Of a stretch of DNA of 64,000 bases, positions 22,376 to 36,294 are shown piece after piece. Made by a program: the position numbers and the translations under genes. The notes beneath the pieces were generated by a model, which saw only the letters and a program-made list of their open reading frames with translations, did not search any database and had not been told where the DNA came from. Source of the DNA: Hydrolagus colliei (lineage: Eukaryota); the NCBI GenBank assembly GCA_035084275.1, contig CM068759.1:10044001-10108000 (forward strand). Direction: 5' to 3'. The stretch's first letter is position 1. Each line of letters opens with the position of its first letter.

Positions 22376-23507
22376 CTTTGGCAAAATTGAAAGAGAAATA
22401 TATCCGTGAAAAATTATGTCGGAAGCGACAATGCACAAGCACAACATACATCCCCTAATCTATTTAGCAGTGCAATAATATTAATGATAAACCTCGTATT
22501 TGATATTGAACCTTTCACGGCAGGAGGAGGTCTCAAAACGCTTCGCAGGATGTGCTGTAACGTGTAAGGCGCTCTATAAATGTAAATTGTTGTTGTTGTT
22601 GTTGTGACTGTATATTTTGCAGACAAACGCAACCGAATTGGGCACAGCAATGCGCCACAAACAGCCGTGAAGTGAATGAGCTATTTTATCTGAGGGAATA
22701 TTAGCCATGGGGTCGTTAACATCAACCTGGACAGGCCTCCGTTTGTTCACATCTCATCCGAAGGAAGGCACCTCCGACCGACTGCTCCCCCAAACCCAAC
22801 ACCTTGTGGGATTGTCAGACGAAACAATAGGGGTTCCAAGTTCTGACATCGGGTTTGAACCCACAACTTTACCATTCAGAGGCGAGAGTGAGCCAGGATT
22901 CGAGAGGCTGTTCAAACATGGTTATATCTTTATATTTCAGAAAACAAGAAAACAAGGCAGAAAACAAAACTGAGATGCAGCAACTTCGAGTGCTGTGAAA
23001 CCACCCCACATTTGCAATGTGAGGGAATCGTGTGTGTGTGTGTGTGTATGTGTGAAAAATCTTCATTACTATTCAAATGATTCAATATTAAACATTTATC
23101 AATAACAAGGTATTCAGTGGTGGAATAACATGAAGCAGAATATTATCACCCACTCTCCTGCACCCAACAAAAAGAATCCCAATCTTCGAATAACATTGTT
23201 TCTTGCAGAACGCTAATATTTCATTTTGAATTACAATTTAACATAAGAAGTGAGCAGTAGGAACCCTAAATTGCGCCAGAGATTTCAATCTGTTATTGGA
23301 TTAGTGGAGGATATGAGTTGGAATCTCTCAGAATGGACCTATTTCTGTTCAGTGACCTGTGCTCATCTACACTTTGAATCAGACCTACCATTGCCTTGCC
23401 TATCTTACAGCTGAAATAATACTTTTAAAGACAGATATGATTATAAAGTCACAGAATTACAATCAACATGAAGAAAAACAGCTCGCGCCGGCCGGTCTGT
23501 ACACTAC

Positions 23508-23543
23508 CTCAAGCCTAACTTTCGGTTCATCTTCATTTTCCAT
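23508..23543 (-). CDS. EPB41L1: Candidate 36-nt mini-exon (MENEDEPKVRLE)
   Basis: tgtcag acceptor, GAG|gtagtg donor, phase 0/0; same length and position as the recalled human segment PEQETTPRHKQE. Confidence 0.7.
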
Positions 23544-25170
23544 CTGACAGCAGAATTTTAAGAAAAGTGGAAGTCAATTAAATCCAAGACAGTAATAGTC
23601 ACAGTTTATCGACGCTTGTGCGAAAGCAATGAAACAAGCACGACAGAACTGAAGTGTGAAGTGTTCGGAAGAAATCAAATTCTACAGCGATGAATTAATG
23701 GAGACACAGTCGAGCTTCCATCCTGGCGCTGGATATGGCGCTGGCAATTTGCAATTAATGAGAATGATTGCAAAGCAGTGTGTGCAATTTGTCTGTGGGG
23801 TTAATGCTTTCGGCTTGGAATGCATTACGACTGACTTTCACAGAAGCTCAATGCTTTCAACTTAATTCAGAGAACGAGTGAGTCCTTTTCCGAGCAATAG
23901 GATCTTCCTTTAGTCTTTGTTCTCCTGTTTTTTCATGCAGCGCCTTCCTTTAGTAAACGAGAAAGGCCCTGCCCATCTGTAAACCTGCACAGAGTCACGA
24001 GTATTAATGCCGAGCTAGGTTTCAGCTGACGTTTGAAGGGATTGATCTGCCAGCAGATGTTGTCCTACCTCTGTAGGTGCTCTACACTCATCAACTCGTT
24101 TTCCAAGAAATACTGAGTTGTACGGTAATGATATTTATAATCCCTGCACTTGATATAGCGCTTTTCACATCTTTATCGACGTCTCAAAGCACTTCACAGA
24201 ATATAATGTAAAGTGAATTGACTGTATATTTGTGGGTGAAACGTGGCAGCCAATTGCGCACAACAGTGTCCCACAAACAGTTGTGGATGGAAAATGACAA
24301 TTTTTATTATTGTAGGGGTTTTTTTGGGACGGATTATAATTTCAACAACAACTTGCATTTTTCTGACAGCCTTTTATGCAGAGCAGGGTCCTGGAGCGCT
24401 TGGCAATGACGGAGTCTGATCTCGAGCTAGGGATTGTGGTGGGGGGGTGTGGAGAGGAGAGGTGACTGCAGACACAAATCAGGAAGGAAGGTCTTTTGGT
24501 GGGAATTGAACCATGGGTGAGATGGGGCAAGGAGGAGGGATTGAGGGAGAGAGTTCCAGAGTTTGGGGGCGTATCGTGGCTGAAGGCACAGCCATCAATG
24601 GAGGAGCAGAGTGGACCAGGGACAAAACAGGAGGCTGGAGCCAGGTGTCGGAGAGGGAGAGGGGGAGGGGAGGGGAGGTCAGCAAATTGTATATAGGTAG
24701 CAGTGGATTTGAAAAATTTGGGGGAAGAAGGAGAGGTTGAAGCGGACACAATCTCTTGACCTGTCTGTACAAAGTGCTACCTACCTATGCACCAAGGGGT
24801 CCATTTAATTATACCAACAGCATCGAGACCTTGAATAGGTCCAGTGGAATGTCACTGTGATGAATGCCCTCGGGAGCGGCAGAAAAGATTGTTACATCGG
24901 AGTGTTTTCAGCGCTTTGGGACGTCCTCCCGACGTGAAAGATGCTCTATAAATGTATTGTTGTTGTTCACTATATCAGGGTTTGGTCAAAGAGGTGAAAA
25001 AATCGCTTCTTGCCATTAAAACCAGGGGTTTATTATAAGCGGGGGTCCATATAGTGAGGTTCGACTGCAATTTTGATGGACAATGCAAAGAAGCAGAGAA
25101 AAAATAAGATCTACAGAGATAGAGGCATTCTCGGACTAACACCAGTCATCATTCCGCTTTACATAATATA

Positions 25171-25488
25171 ATAATACTGATAATCCTTACATTTGATATA
25201 TCGCTCTTCACATCTTATCAATGTCTCAAAGCGCTTCACAGAATATACTGTAAAGTGAATTGACTGTATATTTATGGCACAACGCAGCAGCCAATTGCGC
25301 ACAGCAGTGTCCCACACACAGTCGTGGATTGAAATGACCAATTTTTTTTTATCATTCCATTTTTTGGGGGGAGGGATTATTATTAGGCGTGTGGAGTAAG
25401 GAACTTGCCCGAGGTTTCACCCCGACCTGCCTGGATTCAAACACAGGTCTCACGCTTGTAAGGCGAGTGCTCTAACCACTGAGCTACA
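25171..25488 (-). mobile_element. Same SINE family, near full length
   Basis: Reverse complement of the 5590-5922 consensus. Confidence 0.88.
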
Positions 25489-25529
25489 TATAATCACATC
25501 AAGACGTACAAAACTGCAGCCTGCTGTAC

Positions 25530-25714
25530 CTTCAGCTCCTTAATTTTGGTCGGGGTGGTTACTTCATCTCCTCTGTCCGACTTCTGGGAGGATTTCTTAC
25601 TGTCGGACTGCGGTGTGACGGGGGTGTCTGTCCGGGACGCCTCGCTGGTATCTTTCTCCGAATCCTTCAGCAGAGCGTCGTGGTTCTCACCGACCGAAGC
25701 TGGACGGAAAAACT
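25530..25714 (-). CDS. EPB41L1: 4.1N U2 exon (EFFRPASVGENHDA...TPTKIKELK)
   Basis: 185 nt; ttgcag acceptor, gtacag donor; ends match human RPASVSENHDA and TPTKIKELK. Confidence 0.93.
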
Positions 25715-27492
25715 CTGCAAGTCACAATATCCGACATAAAATGTGTCTGCTGTGTGCCCCCAGCAGTAACTTACACCGAGCAACGGGAAGAGGATGTCAA
25801 TCAGACAAGTGACAAGCATGGACCCAAGCTGGGAGTCAGGGTCAGGAAGGGTGGAGGGCAGGTGGGGCGATGGTGGGAGGGCGGCCGAAGGCACGGTCGA
25901 AGAGGAAGGTCTTTAGACGGGGCTTGAAGGAGGCAAGAGAGGGAGTGAGGCATAGAATAGAATACATGCATAGAATATAAACTATTTCACAATTTAGACT
26001 TGTATGATTTATGCCAATCACAGTTATGCGAGTTTTCCTGAAGTACTTTGAAGACACTGGGAGCCACTTGTTCTGAGCCTGTAAGGCTTCTCTGTGTTCA
26101 CCTTTAAGACTGAGCTGACCTATGGAAATTTCTTTAGCTGAAGACTGGTATGCTGATAGAATGGGGTGAAGTGGGTGGGGCAGTTAGGGGCGTGAAGCAG
26201 ACACAATAGACGAGGCAATCGAGTGGCAGAGGCGGGATGCGTTTGACGGTGAAGATGAGGATCGTAAAAATGGATTGAAAACCTTCCAATCAACCCTAGG
26301 CCCCTTCATTGAATCCTTTCCAATATTTCAAAGCCGTTTCAAAGGCAGAATGACCAAAGCCACGAGCAACAACTGAGCTATAGCCTCTTTCAAAATGCCC
26401 TTCGTTAACCTTGTGAACATCAGTGCATTGCAAAGTCTCCAAGTGCAACAACAACCTTCTCACTGTTATTGCCTTTAAAGAAACCTCTATGAAGCCAGGA
26501 CATATCCAAGTTGAATACCATTGTCGTGAGTTATGTATTAAGAATACATCTGTTACATAAGTTCCTGGCAGTACTGCTATGGATTAATGGGAACGTGGTA
26601 ACATTAGTCCTTTCAGATGTTAAAAGTGTACGTTTCCAGCAGGGAGCAATAAAGCCTCCAGTGTTCATAATCCAACGGGATTTACATACAAACCCTCTTG
26701 TTTCTACAAACACTCTCTCGCATATTTCTAATGTAACCCAGCGCAATAAAATAAGCAGCTGATCTACACAATGAATAATGTACTCCAACACTTCAGGCAA
26801 AACATTCATCTTCCCCACATCCTCTTCCCCCACCCACCACTTCTGCTCCTTTTGCTAACAAACTTTTACGTGAATTTCATTCACCGCGTTCACGGGAAGG
26901 GCACAATGTGTAGCATCGTAACTCTGGATACTTCGCTGTGACAATGGCACTTTAAACATCTGATAGAAGTTAAAAAGGGATGTTAAAGCACTTTCTAAAC
27001 CATGAGCGAAATACATTAAGGATTCGCCCGTGGCTCTGCACATTCTGAGCTGTTCATGCTACAGTTCGGAACGAATCCTCTTGACTTGTGGTGGTTTAGG
27101 GTCCAAAATAATCAGACTCTAGAGTTGTTATAGTGGGCCCAATTATAAACATTCCCCTCGAGCGGCAAGCTCGGAATTTGTTGACTTTGTTAATGGCGGA
27201 TGATTGCAAAGTCGCATATTGCTGCACCGACCTTCTCACTGTAATTGTCAGACCTTCTGATTTCGACTGATTCCACTCCGACAGTTGGACTTGGATTGCA
27301 AAGGATACAAGATGCATTTAAGAGGAAGCAAGAAACACACACGAGGGATACGGGAATAGGAGGGTACGGGAGGGAGTAGGGACTGGGTGCAGACACATGT
27401 GGAATGCAAACACAAGAACAGGCAATTTGGGCCTAAACACCCTGCTTCAGTGCTGTAAATTCTAGGCAAATTTGATACAATCAAAACCATAC

Positions 27493-27668
27493 CTCCATCG
27501 AGACTCCGTGACATTGTGTATCGTTTGCTTGAGGATCGTTCAAAATAGGGTGCTGGGCGATCAATTAATGCGCTGGCTTGTCTGGTTTGAGCCTGTGTAC
27601 GACCACTATAGCGAAACTTGGAGCCCATGACGAGGAATCCCTTTGGCGGGGGCTCGGGGGACACCAGT
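27493..27668 (-). CDS. EPB41L1: 4.1N FERM-adjacent exon ([27 protein letters not shown]...SRSLDG)
   Basis: 176 nt; tttcag acceptor, gtatgg donor; [15 protein letters not shown] matches 4.1N. Confidence 0.97.
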
Positions 27669-27927
27669 CTGAAAGGAGAGGAACAGTTTGTACAGAAAAC
27701 TGCCTGCCAGGGAACAAGGATGAAAGTACAGGAAACTCTGGCTCAAATTGTCATAACCACCTTAAGTCATCACGTTATCCCAACTGCATTTATTTATGCA
27801 TTTACACGTCTGACTAACCCGACAATGAGCTGTCACTGAACCCTTTTCCCTGGGAGTGGCTTGAGGATTTTACTTAACTTGTGCAACCAAACACAACAGG
27901 TGTTGGGCAGGGCTCCAGGTGAGGCTA

Positions 27928-28165
27928 AAAGCGCTTCACAGAATATACTGTAAAGTGAATTTGCTGTTCATTTGTGGGTGAAACCCGGCAGCCAATTGCA
28001 CATAGTGGTGTCCCACAAACAGTCGTGGATTGAAATGACCAAATTATTTTCTTTTCAAGGGATTATTATCAGGCTTGTGGAGCAAGGAAACTTACCCAAG
28101 GTTTCGTCCCGCCTGGAATCGAACCCAGGTCTCATCCTACCTGGAATCGAACCCAGGTATCTTGC
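27928..28165 (-). mobile_element. Same SINE family, truncated, abutting an exon donor
   Basis: Deu domain plus duplicated B-box cctggaatcgaacccagg. Confidence 0.8.
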
Positions 28166-28168
28166 TTA

Positions 28169-28288
<120 letters not shown>

Positions 28289-29150
28289 TTAAAAACATTT
28301 GCAGGAATTTCTGCAATGTGCAGTGACCGGAGATTTTGCAGTCTAACCTCTACGTCAACAGGCAGACAAGGGCAGAGCAAGGGACAACTCACATCTCAGT
28401 ATTTAGGGCTGTAACTGTTGGAAACCGAGTGCACACAAGAGCAGCATACAACTCCAAATATTTGCACTCTGCATCTCATATTACACAAAAGGTGCTAATT
28501 GCAGAAATTATACAAGCAGAGTGTACCTGATGTCAAAACAAAACAGCACGATTTACCCACGATGTATCCTCAGTGCTGAGAAAACACTGCACTCTAACTC
28601 AGGATTTACCCACTTTGGATATGCAATAATACCTGTTCAGGTGGGCATTAAAGATCCCTAGTCAACAATCTCCCAAATAAAGCTGGTCATTTCACTCACA
28701 AATTACACAGTCAATCCTGTAAAGTGCGATTGAGACATCCGAACGACATGATAAGGTACTGTATCCAATAGGATTATTTTTCATTGCAATCAATAATTAT
28801 CCTTGCGTTTGATGCAGCATCTTTGGTGGCCGGAAGATGTCTCACAGAACTTCACAGGATTTAGAGTACAGTCACTGGACTCGGTAGCCAAAGGCGACCA
28901 CCGATTTTCACACCGCAGTGTCACAGTGTCAGTAACAAGTGACCAATTTTGTTCATCTGAATCTCCCGTCTCTTCACGAATGGTGTCATGGGACCATTAG
29001 GGTCCACCTAAAAGGGACTTTTGGTTCAATATCTGATTTTGAAGGAAGATGCTTCCAACAATGCAGGGCACACACAGGATTGAGGCCCAGGACACTTTCC
29101 CCCCCCCCCCCACCCCGTCCCCCAGCGAAGTGTGTCATATAAATGCAAGT

Positions 29151-29435
29151 GGAGTCCCGTAGCTCAGTGGTTAGCACACTCGCCTTGCAAGCGAGAGACC
29201 TGGGTTCAAGGTTTTAGAACGAAACCTTGGGCAAGTTTCCTTTCTCCACCCGCTCGATAATAATCCCTCACAAAAAACGATAATAAATTCAATCCACGAC
29301 CATTTGTTGGATACCGCTGTGCGCAATTGGCTGCCATGTTTCGCCCACAAATGTAGTCAATTCACTCTACAGCATGCTTTGTGAAACGCTTTGAGACATC
29401 TAGAAGACGTGAAAAGCGCTATGTCAAATGCAAGG
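29151..29435 (+). mobile_element. Same SINE family
   Basis: tRNA head, Deu domain and tail. Confidence 0.85.
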
Positions 29436-29611
29436 GGGGAAATAAAAGCTGTTGTTGTTGGCAACGGAGTGTGATTTCAAAGACCCGACATGGGACCTCA
29501 ACCCACAACCTTCTCCCTCAGAGGCAAGAGTGGTGTACTGAACCCTATAATATTGCAGAGGGATGGGAAAAATAACCCAAGTTGTTATCAGAGATGAAGC
29601 AACCAGGCATG

Positions 29612-29630
29612 TGACCAGTAGAGGTCACTA
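29612..29630 (+). promoter_or_regulatory. CTCF-like motif
   Basis: TGACCAGTAGAGGTCACTA resembles the CTCF core. Confidence 0.4.
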
Positions 29631-30594
29631 AGTGCTTTGGAAAATGATTTTGGGGAAGTGATTTAAACAGTTTTAAAATTGATTCGCACTAGAATTGGCA
29701 AGCAGGAACGTTTTTAAAAAAATACCCTAAATGTCTGTTGGGAATGTTGAGAATCACATTAATTCTTGCAAATGATTTCAGCGTTGGGATTCCAAAGCTA
29801 ATTTGTTTTTAAACGTTTAAAAGATTTATTGCCTTCAAGTGTGAAGAGGTTTTGCTTTGCGGCGTCTGCATAATAATAATAATCCTTGCATTTAGTTCGC
29901 AACGTGCCTCATCATGTCATCGAGATGCCTTTTCAAAAGCAAGGTGTGCTGTGGTGTGATAGGCTATAGTCCTCGGGCTAGGTGGAGGGAGACAGTAAAC
30001 CTCATACAATGAAGACGTCAAAAGGACACGGTCGTTATCACCCATTCTGCAAGGTGGTCCCCGGCATTCGCAAGCCACCCACTTCCCTCCACGATGTGCA
30101 AATGCATTGGGTTTCAACAAATGCTTGCGATACACTTGAAAGATACTCAGTAGGTTCAAGGTCAACTAGAAACTTGTCTGAAGGGCAGGGGAGGGGGGGA
30201 TATTCCCCCGTTGAACCGAATCAATTCAAAACCCAACTTGTAGGTAGTTCTTCGCATTACAGGGCTGGAGTTTTGTACAGTCTTAGCCTGTGAAAACGTT
30301 TCATCTTGAAATGCAAGGGTGTGCAGAATTGAAGAAAAAGCATAAAGTTAATCACGTAAATTCAAAAGCTGGATCCTGATAGAAAAACAGTTTCCGGAAT
30401 GAGAGTTGGAATTTCAGCAAATCTGCACGATCGTAAAACATTTTTAAGACCAAATAATGATAATTCATAATCCTTGCATTGGACAGAGCACCTGTTAACG
30501 TCATTGAAAACGTCTTGAAGAGCTCCGCAGAATGAGAGACGTTAACGATGAAACAATAAATCCCGCAATTAATAAAGAAGCAAGCCTCACATAC

Positions 30595-30747
30595 CTCCCC
30601 GGGTCTGATCTTTATGTAAAAGTTGCTCCTCTTGTAGGAAATCTTCAGTATCTTTGGCCAGGCAAAACGGTTGATTCTCAGCCGATCCCTGTAGATAAGA
30701 AGCCCGTTCGCACAAACGCCGAGCATGATGTCAATCCCTTCAGAGTC
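30595..30747 (-). CDS. EPB41L1: 4.1N FERM F3 exon ([51 protein letters not shown])
   Basis: 153 nt; matches human 4.1N as recalled; caacag acceptor, gtatgt donor. Confidence 0.98.
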
Positions 30748-31149
30748 CTGTTGCGGGCAAATGTGGAGAGGAAACGGCTCTTGAGATTCCAAGCGTTCAA
30801 GTTAAAACATCTGGTTAATAACTTGGGAGCGAAAATTGTTCTGGGCCTTTCAAGTCAGGAGTATGTCTCAAAAGTGCCTCACACAGCTGATTGAGAGCCA
30901 GGTTGTGGGGGGGGGGGGGGGGGGGAGGGGGAGGAGGGAAGAAAGCAGTCAAAAGCGCAGTTGAATAGATTGGTGTTAAGATGCATTTTGAAGATGGGGT
31001 GTGGGTAGATAAGATGGAGGGACTCAGTGATAATAATAATAATAATCTAGTGGGAGATGGGGGCCAGTGGATCCGGGCGAGGATAGGGACCGAGAGGCTT
31101 GCTGTGCCTGAAAGCAACAGCAGACAAGAGAGAGAGAGAGAGCAAGTTA

Positions 31150-31287
<138 letters not shown>

Positions 31288-31482
31288 TCACATTATCTCT
31301 CACATAATGGCTTCGAAAAAAAAAGACATTAGGTTACAGCAAAAATTAACGCAGTGAGTGCAAAGAGTCATTCAATAAGTTTTCCATCATTTCTCTAGTT
31401 TCTTCTTGGCGACGTCATCCTTTATTGTTCTGCCGCTATTCATTTCCATTGCTAATTAATTCTGACATGTCAAACAGACTTT

Positions 31483-31736
31483 GAGCTCCTGTAGCTCAGT
31501 GGTTAAAGCACTCGCCTGACAGGCGTGAGACCTGTGTTCGAATCCAGGCAGATCAGGGCGAAATCTTGGGTGAGTTTCCTTACTTACTCCACACGCCTAA
31601 TAATTAGTCCAAAAAACTGCTAAGTTTTGCCCACAAATATACAGTTTATTCACTTTACAGTATATGCTGTGAAGCGCTTTGAGACATCGATAAGATGTGA
31701 ATAGTGCTAAATCAAATGCAAGGATTATTATTATTA
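31483..31736 (+). mobile_element. Same SINE family, with internal deletion
   Basis: Head and tail present, most of the Deu domain missing. Confidence 0.85.
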
Positions 31737-32810
31737 GTTTTCCCCAGGTTCAGCCTCAACCTGCCAGCTTTCTCCACCACTATTCTCCCCTCTGCTAAAG
31801 ACTAAACTCAAACCGATTTGGCAATGCAGCTCACCATTATCGCGTTTATCGCCTCGTGTATGGCCGCCTCACTTTTTTTTTGACATGGTTAGTGATGAGT
31901 AAGCTAACTAACAACAACAAATGACTCTTTTTTTTTTTTACACACGCACACACACACCCCTAGATCTCTTTCTGATGGTCCACCTCCACAGTGGACCATC
32001 ATCTCAATACTTTGCAGCAGCATGATGAATCAGCAGGCAGCCACGGTGCAATGCGTGGACCTTGTTTGAATGCCTCAACTGCTCATTCAATACCCCTCTC
32101 AGCTGTTTCATTGGGATTTAAACCATGACAATAAATTGAAGCAAATTAAATCCTCACAATGAACATGAAGGATTATAACAGCAACAGAAGAGAACGATGG
32201 GCATGCAAATCATGCTATTGAACAAGCCCTATCCCCTCTCGCATTGTGTTGTGTAATTTAATTAACGCACACTGACATTGTGCAGCCTGAGCTAAAATTG
32301 CTCTGATCAGCAAGGATTCTGAAACGTTCCGAATTTCTCTGCATTAATGGGAGTAAAAACACTTCCAGAGCAATCCTGTGGCGGAGAGCGTGGAAACGCA
32401 AAAGGGCGTGGACACGGCAAAGCCACTAGATCCAATTCTGGCATGGATTGAATCGGAAATGAGACAATTCTGTGTTCCTTCGCGTCATTACTCTAGCATC
32501 AGTCAATCGATTCCCATCCGTTCTGCAGGGCAGCCAGGCTCACTGGTGCATTTCACAGAACAGTATGAGGGATGGCATTGCACTAGGAATGCATTAGGCC
32601 TCTGCCGAACCACTTCACGTCAAGAGGGTGCCATCAGCAACCACAGCAGTAACGACAACAAGTTGCATTTAAATAACACTATTTACTTAGAATAACAGCT
32701 CAGAGCATTTCACTGTAAGAATAAGATGAGCAGAGGAGAGGGTGGGGAGGAATGGGAGGTCACTGTAGACGCGGTTGAAGTCTTTTTCAAGGCAGGGTTT
32801 GAAGACAGAT

Positions 32811-33115
32811 AATAGTCCTTGCATTTGATATAGTGCTTTTCACACCTTCTAGACATCTCAAAGCGCCTCACAGAATACACTGTAAATTGAATTGACTGTA
32901 CATTTGTGGGTGAAACGCGGCAGCCAATTGCGCACAGCAGTGTCCCATAAACAGTGGTAGACTGAAATGACCAATTTTTAAAAAATTATTTTGGGGGGAT
33001 TAGGCATGTGGAGTAAGGAAACTTGCCCAAGGTTTTGCCCTGACCTACCTGGATTTGAACACAGGCCTCACGCTTGTGAGGCGAGTGCTCTAACCACTGA
33101 GCTGCAGGACTCCAC
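32811..33115 (-). mobile_element. Same SINE family, full length
   Basis: Reverse complement of the consensus. Confidence 0.88.
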
Positions 33116-33380
33116 AAAGATAGTGGCAGAGGGGTGAAACTGAGAATTCCAGTGATTCCTGGCCACCAATGGTAGGCGGGGGAAGGGGTGGGCTTGTGGC
33201 CGTTCTACAGCAAGCCCAGGTTAGCTGAGCTGCATTGGGGTAGGTAGCGATGCGCATGGAATCAATGCCTATTGATAGCTGTGTGCTGGCCTCTCAGTGA
33301 AGAGGAACAGGGGAGAGAGAGGTGAATCTGTAGTTATGTACAGGTCGGATCACATTCAAACCAGGTGGGACATGACTTGC

Positions 33381-33599
33381 CTGTAGGTCTTATGTAGCTC
33401 CACCACCCTTTCTTCGAGTTCTTTTGTCTGATTCGGTGCAAATCGGATCTCACTGATGTAATCGGGGCTGTGTTCCTCTGGGTCGTAGTCCCCCAACTCT
33501 GCCTGCACGGCGTACGAGCCCAAGAGAGCGTGTGTAACGAAAGAACACGGCAATCGGCCACTGATAATGTCATCTCTTAGCTGTAGACACAGGTAATAC
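33381..33599 (-). CDS. EPB41L1: 4.1N FERM exon ([29 protein letters not shown]...ELHKTYR) with GC donor
   Basis: 219 nt; tttag acceptor; ends AG|gcaagt; frame continues into the next exon. Confidence 0.96.
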
Positions 33600-36218
33600 C
33601 TAAAGCGAGACAGAGAACAATAAGCCAGCTGCTGGTACAATACTAACAATAATATTCCTTGCATTCAATATAACTAACGCCTTATTACGTCTTCGAGACG
33701 TCTCCAAGTGCTTCATAGAGTGCCGTGCTTCGCCCAGTATGTTTTGTGGGCAAAGCGCGGCAGCCAATTGCACACAGCGATGTCCTATAAACATGGATTG
33801 AAGTGACCAATTTATCATTATTATGATTTTGTTTACACTGTACATCAGAGGCCAGAGACTCCACCTTGTCTTAGCCTGCAGGTCCACAGTGCCTTCAACA
33901 CCCAGGCACCATCAATCATACTTTAAAAAGCTTCTATTCAATAATTCAGCAGCTGGCCTTCCGAGGACTGGTTTCCAAAATTCAGGCTGAATTTGTATGC
34001 GTTTTGTTTTGCTGGTTAGACTCCAGCAGTCACCCCAACACACACTCTGAGCTCCCTAAGCCTTGGCTCTTGCCAACCTGCACCTCATTCTTACGTGTCC
34101 CATAATCGGGACACGTCCCTCCAGGGAGAAAGCACATTCCATTCCAACAATCTATCTCTTGGATTTCCACCTGCTATGGGTTGCATGGAATTCTTAGTTT
34201 GGTTTGGATGCTCTTAAGTATGATGATGGGTTTCCGCATGTGCCAGATACATAAGAATATAAGAATTAAGAGCAGGAGTAGGCAATTCGGCACCTCGAGC
34301 CTGCCCCACCATTTAATAAGATCTCCATATCCCATTTTGCCCACAAATATACAGTCGATTCACTTTGCAGTATATTCTGTGAAGCGCTTTGAGACATCTA
34401 AAAGATGTGAAAAGCACTATATCAAATGGAAGGATTCTTCTTATTATTAATCCCTTCAGTTTTTTTTAAAAACTATCGATCTCAGTCCTCACCAAACAAC
34501 AGTCTGAATTTTGTAAATTTTCTACAATTCTGGGCAATCGAAAACTCTATAAGATAAAAAAAAACGGTCTCGCGGGCTCAGACTAGATGAAATTCCTCTC
34601 GTTGCCGCTGACATCAATTACTGTGAAGTGTGTTTCTGAGACATTCTGACCTCACAAGACGCTATGTGTTAAAAAGGAAGATTATTGGTCTGTGTTTAAC
34701 ATGACGGCTGAACATCACGTTGCCAATCTCGCAGCATCTCCTTGATGCAAGGTCCCGTCGGTCAGATTGAGACACTTGTGTTCAAGTAGGAGGTCGTAGC
34801 CCATTTAGAGTCCTGCGTTAGGAATCCAATTAGAAGCTGGGCGTTCATGACCACATTGCTGTTTGCAGAGTCAAGCGCCAATGAGGTGTTTGACCACATT
34901 GGAGGGCAGGGTATGAGTGAGCTAAAATGTCAGCCTTCAGCCCGCAGACGATGAATTAATAACAGCAAACACATCATGAGCTTTCAAAGCAAGATCTTTA
35001 ACGGGCACCCGAATAGGCACAGAGAGTTTTGCCCACAAATACACAGTCAATTCATTTTACAGTATATTGTATATTGGGACGTCCTCTCAACGTGAAAGGC
35101 ACTGTATAAATGTAAGTATTGATTGATTGATTGATTGATTGATCGTGTGAACACACGAAAAGCGCTCTAATCAAATGCAAAGATTATTGTTGTTAAGAAA
35201 GTGAGTACTTTAGTTTTAACACCTCATCTGGAGGCCAGTGCCCACAGCACGACATTGGGAGTCCCCAACTCAAAGCCTTCTTATTCAAGGACAAGAGTGC
35301 TGGCGACATCTAAATGACACATTACTCAGGCTATTGACATCAAAGCCCAGCCCTCCTGCCTATGGGCTCGATTTACGAGGGTTCAGTTTGTAAACACATT
35401 CACAGTGTGATAATGTGGTTCCATCTGCTTCTTTAATTAGATTTAAATAAATAAACAAACAAACAAAACTCCAGAGGTTAATTACTATGAATCGCAAGGT
35501 CCCCATCTCATCCGTGAACCAGGCATGTGTCCATTTTGCTTGTTACAGCATATACCACCAATGATACTATATTAGAATTGCAAAGCTTCGCTTGCTACAA
35601 AGAAAGGCGGGCAATAAGGGAAACCATGCTTCCCAAAGATCTGAACCATCTGTGTGTCTGTTTCCACTCACTTGAGCGAGTATGACTGGTCTGACATGTG
35701 GGGTCCTATTGTCAGGAGTCTTTTGCTCAGTTAGGCTGAAAAACAATGCACTGTTCAGTAAGCCGAGTTGCAGCAATCTGTCTGCACTGCTTACAAAGTT
35801 GTACGAAGAGTGTACAGCACAGAAACAGGCCACTCGGCCTGACCACTTGGAGGGCTCGGGTGTTTATACTCCACTCAAGGAGCTCTTTGAATGGACGAAC
35901 TAACATGTTAGCAATCATTACTCTTAATCTCAGTAGGAGCTGAATCTTGCCAACTCTTGTTATTTGACTGCAAAAAACAGAGAATCTTTTGTTCTGAAAC
36001 ACAACACAGAGGCGCGCGCTGATGCGAATGTGGTAAAGTTCGAGGGACAACCTTGTCTCATGACAAGTGGTCTGACTTGGTCACCCTGACGGAGCTGTAG
36101 AAAGAAGGACCACCAAATAGTTGCTGTATCTGTCAATGCGTATGTAGTACTGCGCAGACTACTGCCATGTATTTCCTAAGCAGTTACACAGTCACTCCAT
36201 CCAAACCAGAGATCTTAC

Positions 36219-36294
36219 CTTGTGATATCCTCCGACAACTGGGTTGGGTCTGGAGGGTAGAATTTTACGGTGTATGCGAAATGCCAAGGGGCAC
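36219..36294 (-). CDS. EPB41L1: 4.1N FERM exon ([26 protein letters not shown])
   Basis: 76 nt; ctctag acceptor, gtaaga donor; VKFYPPDP motif; phases fit both neighbours. Confidence 0.97.

Noticed and set aside
23860-23985. Possible extra exon after a gtgcag acceptor
   Set aside because: The phase-0 frame reaches TAA and no convincing donor was found
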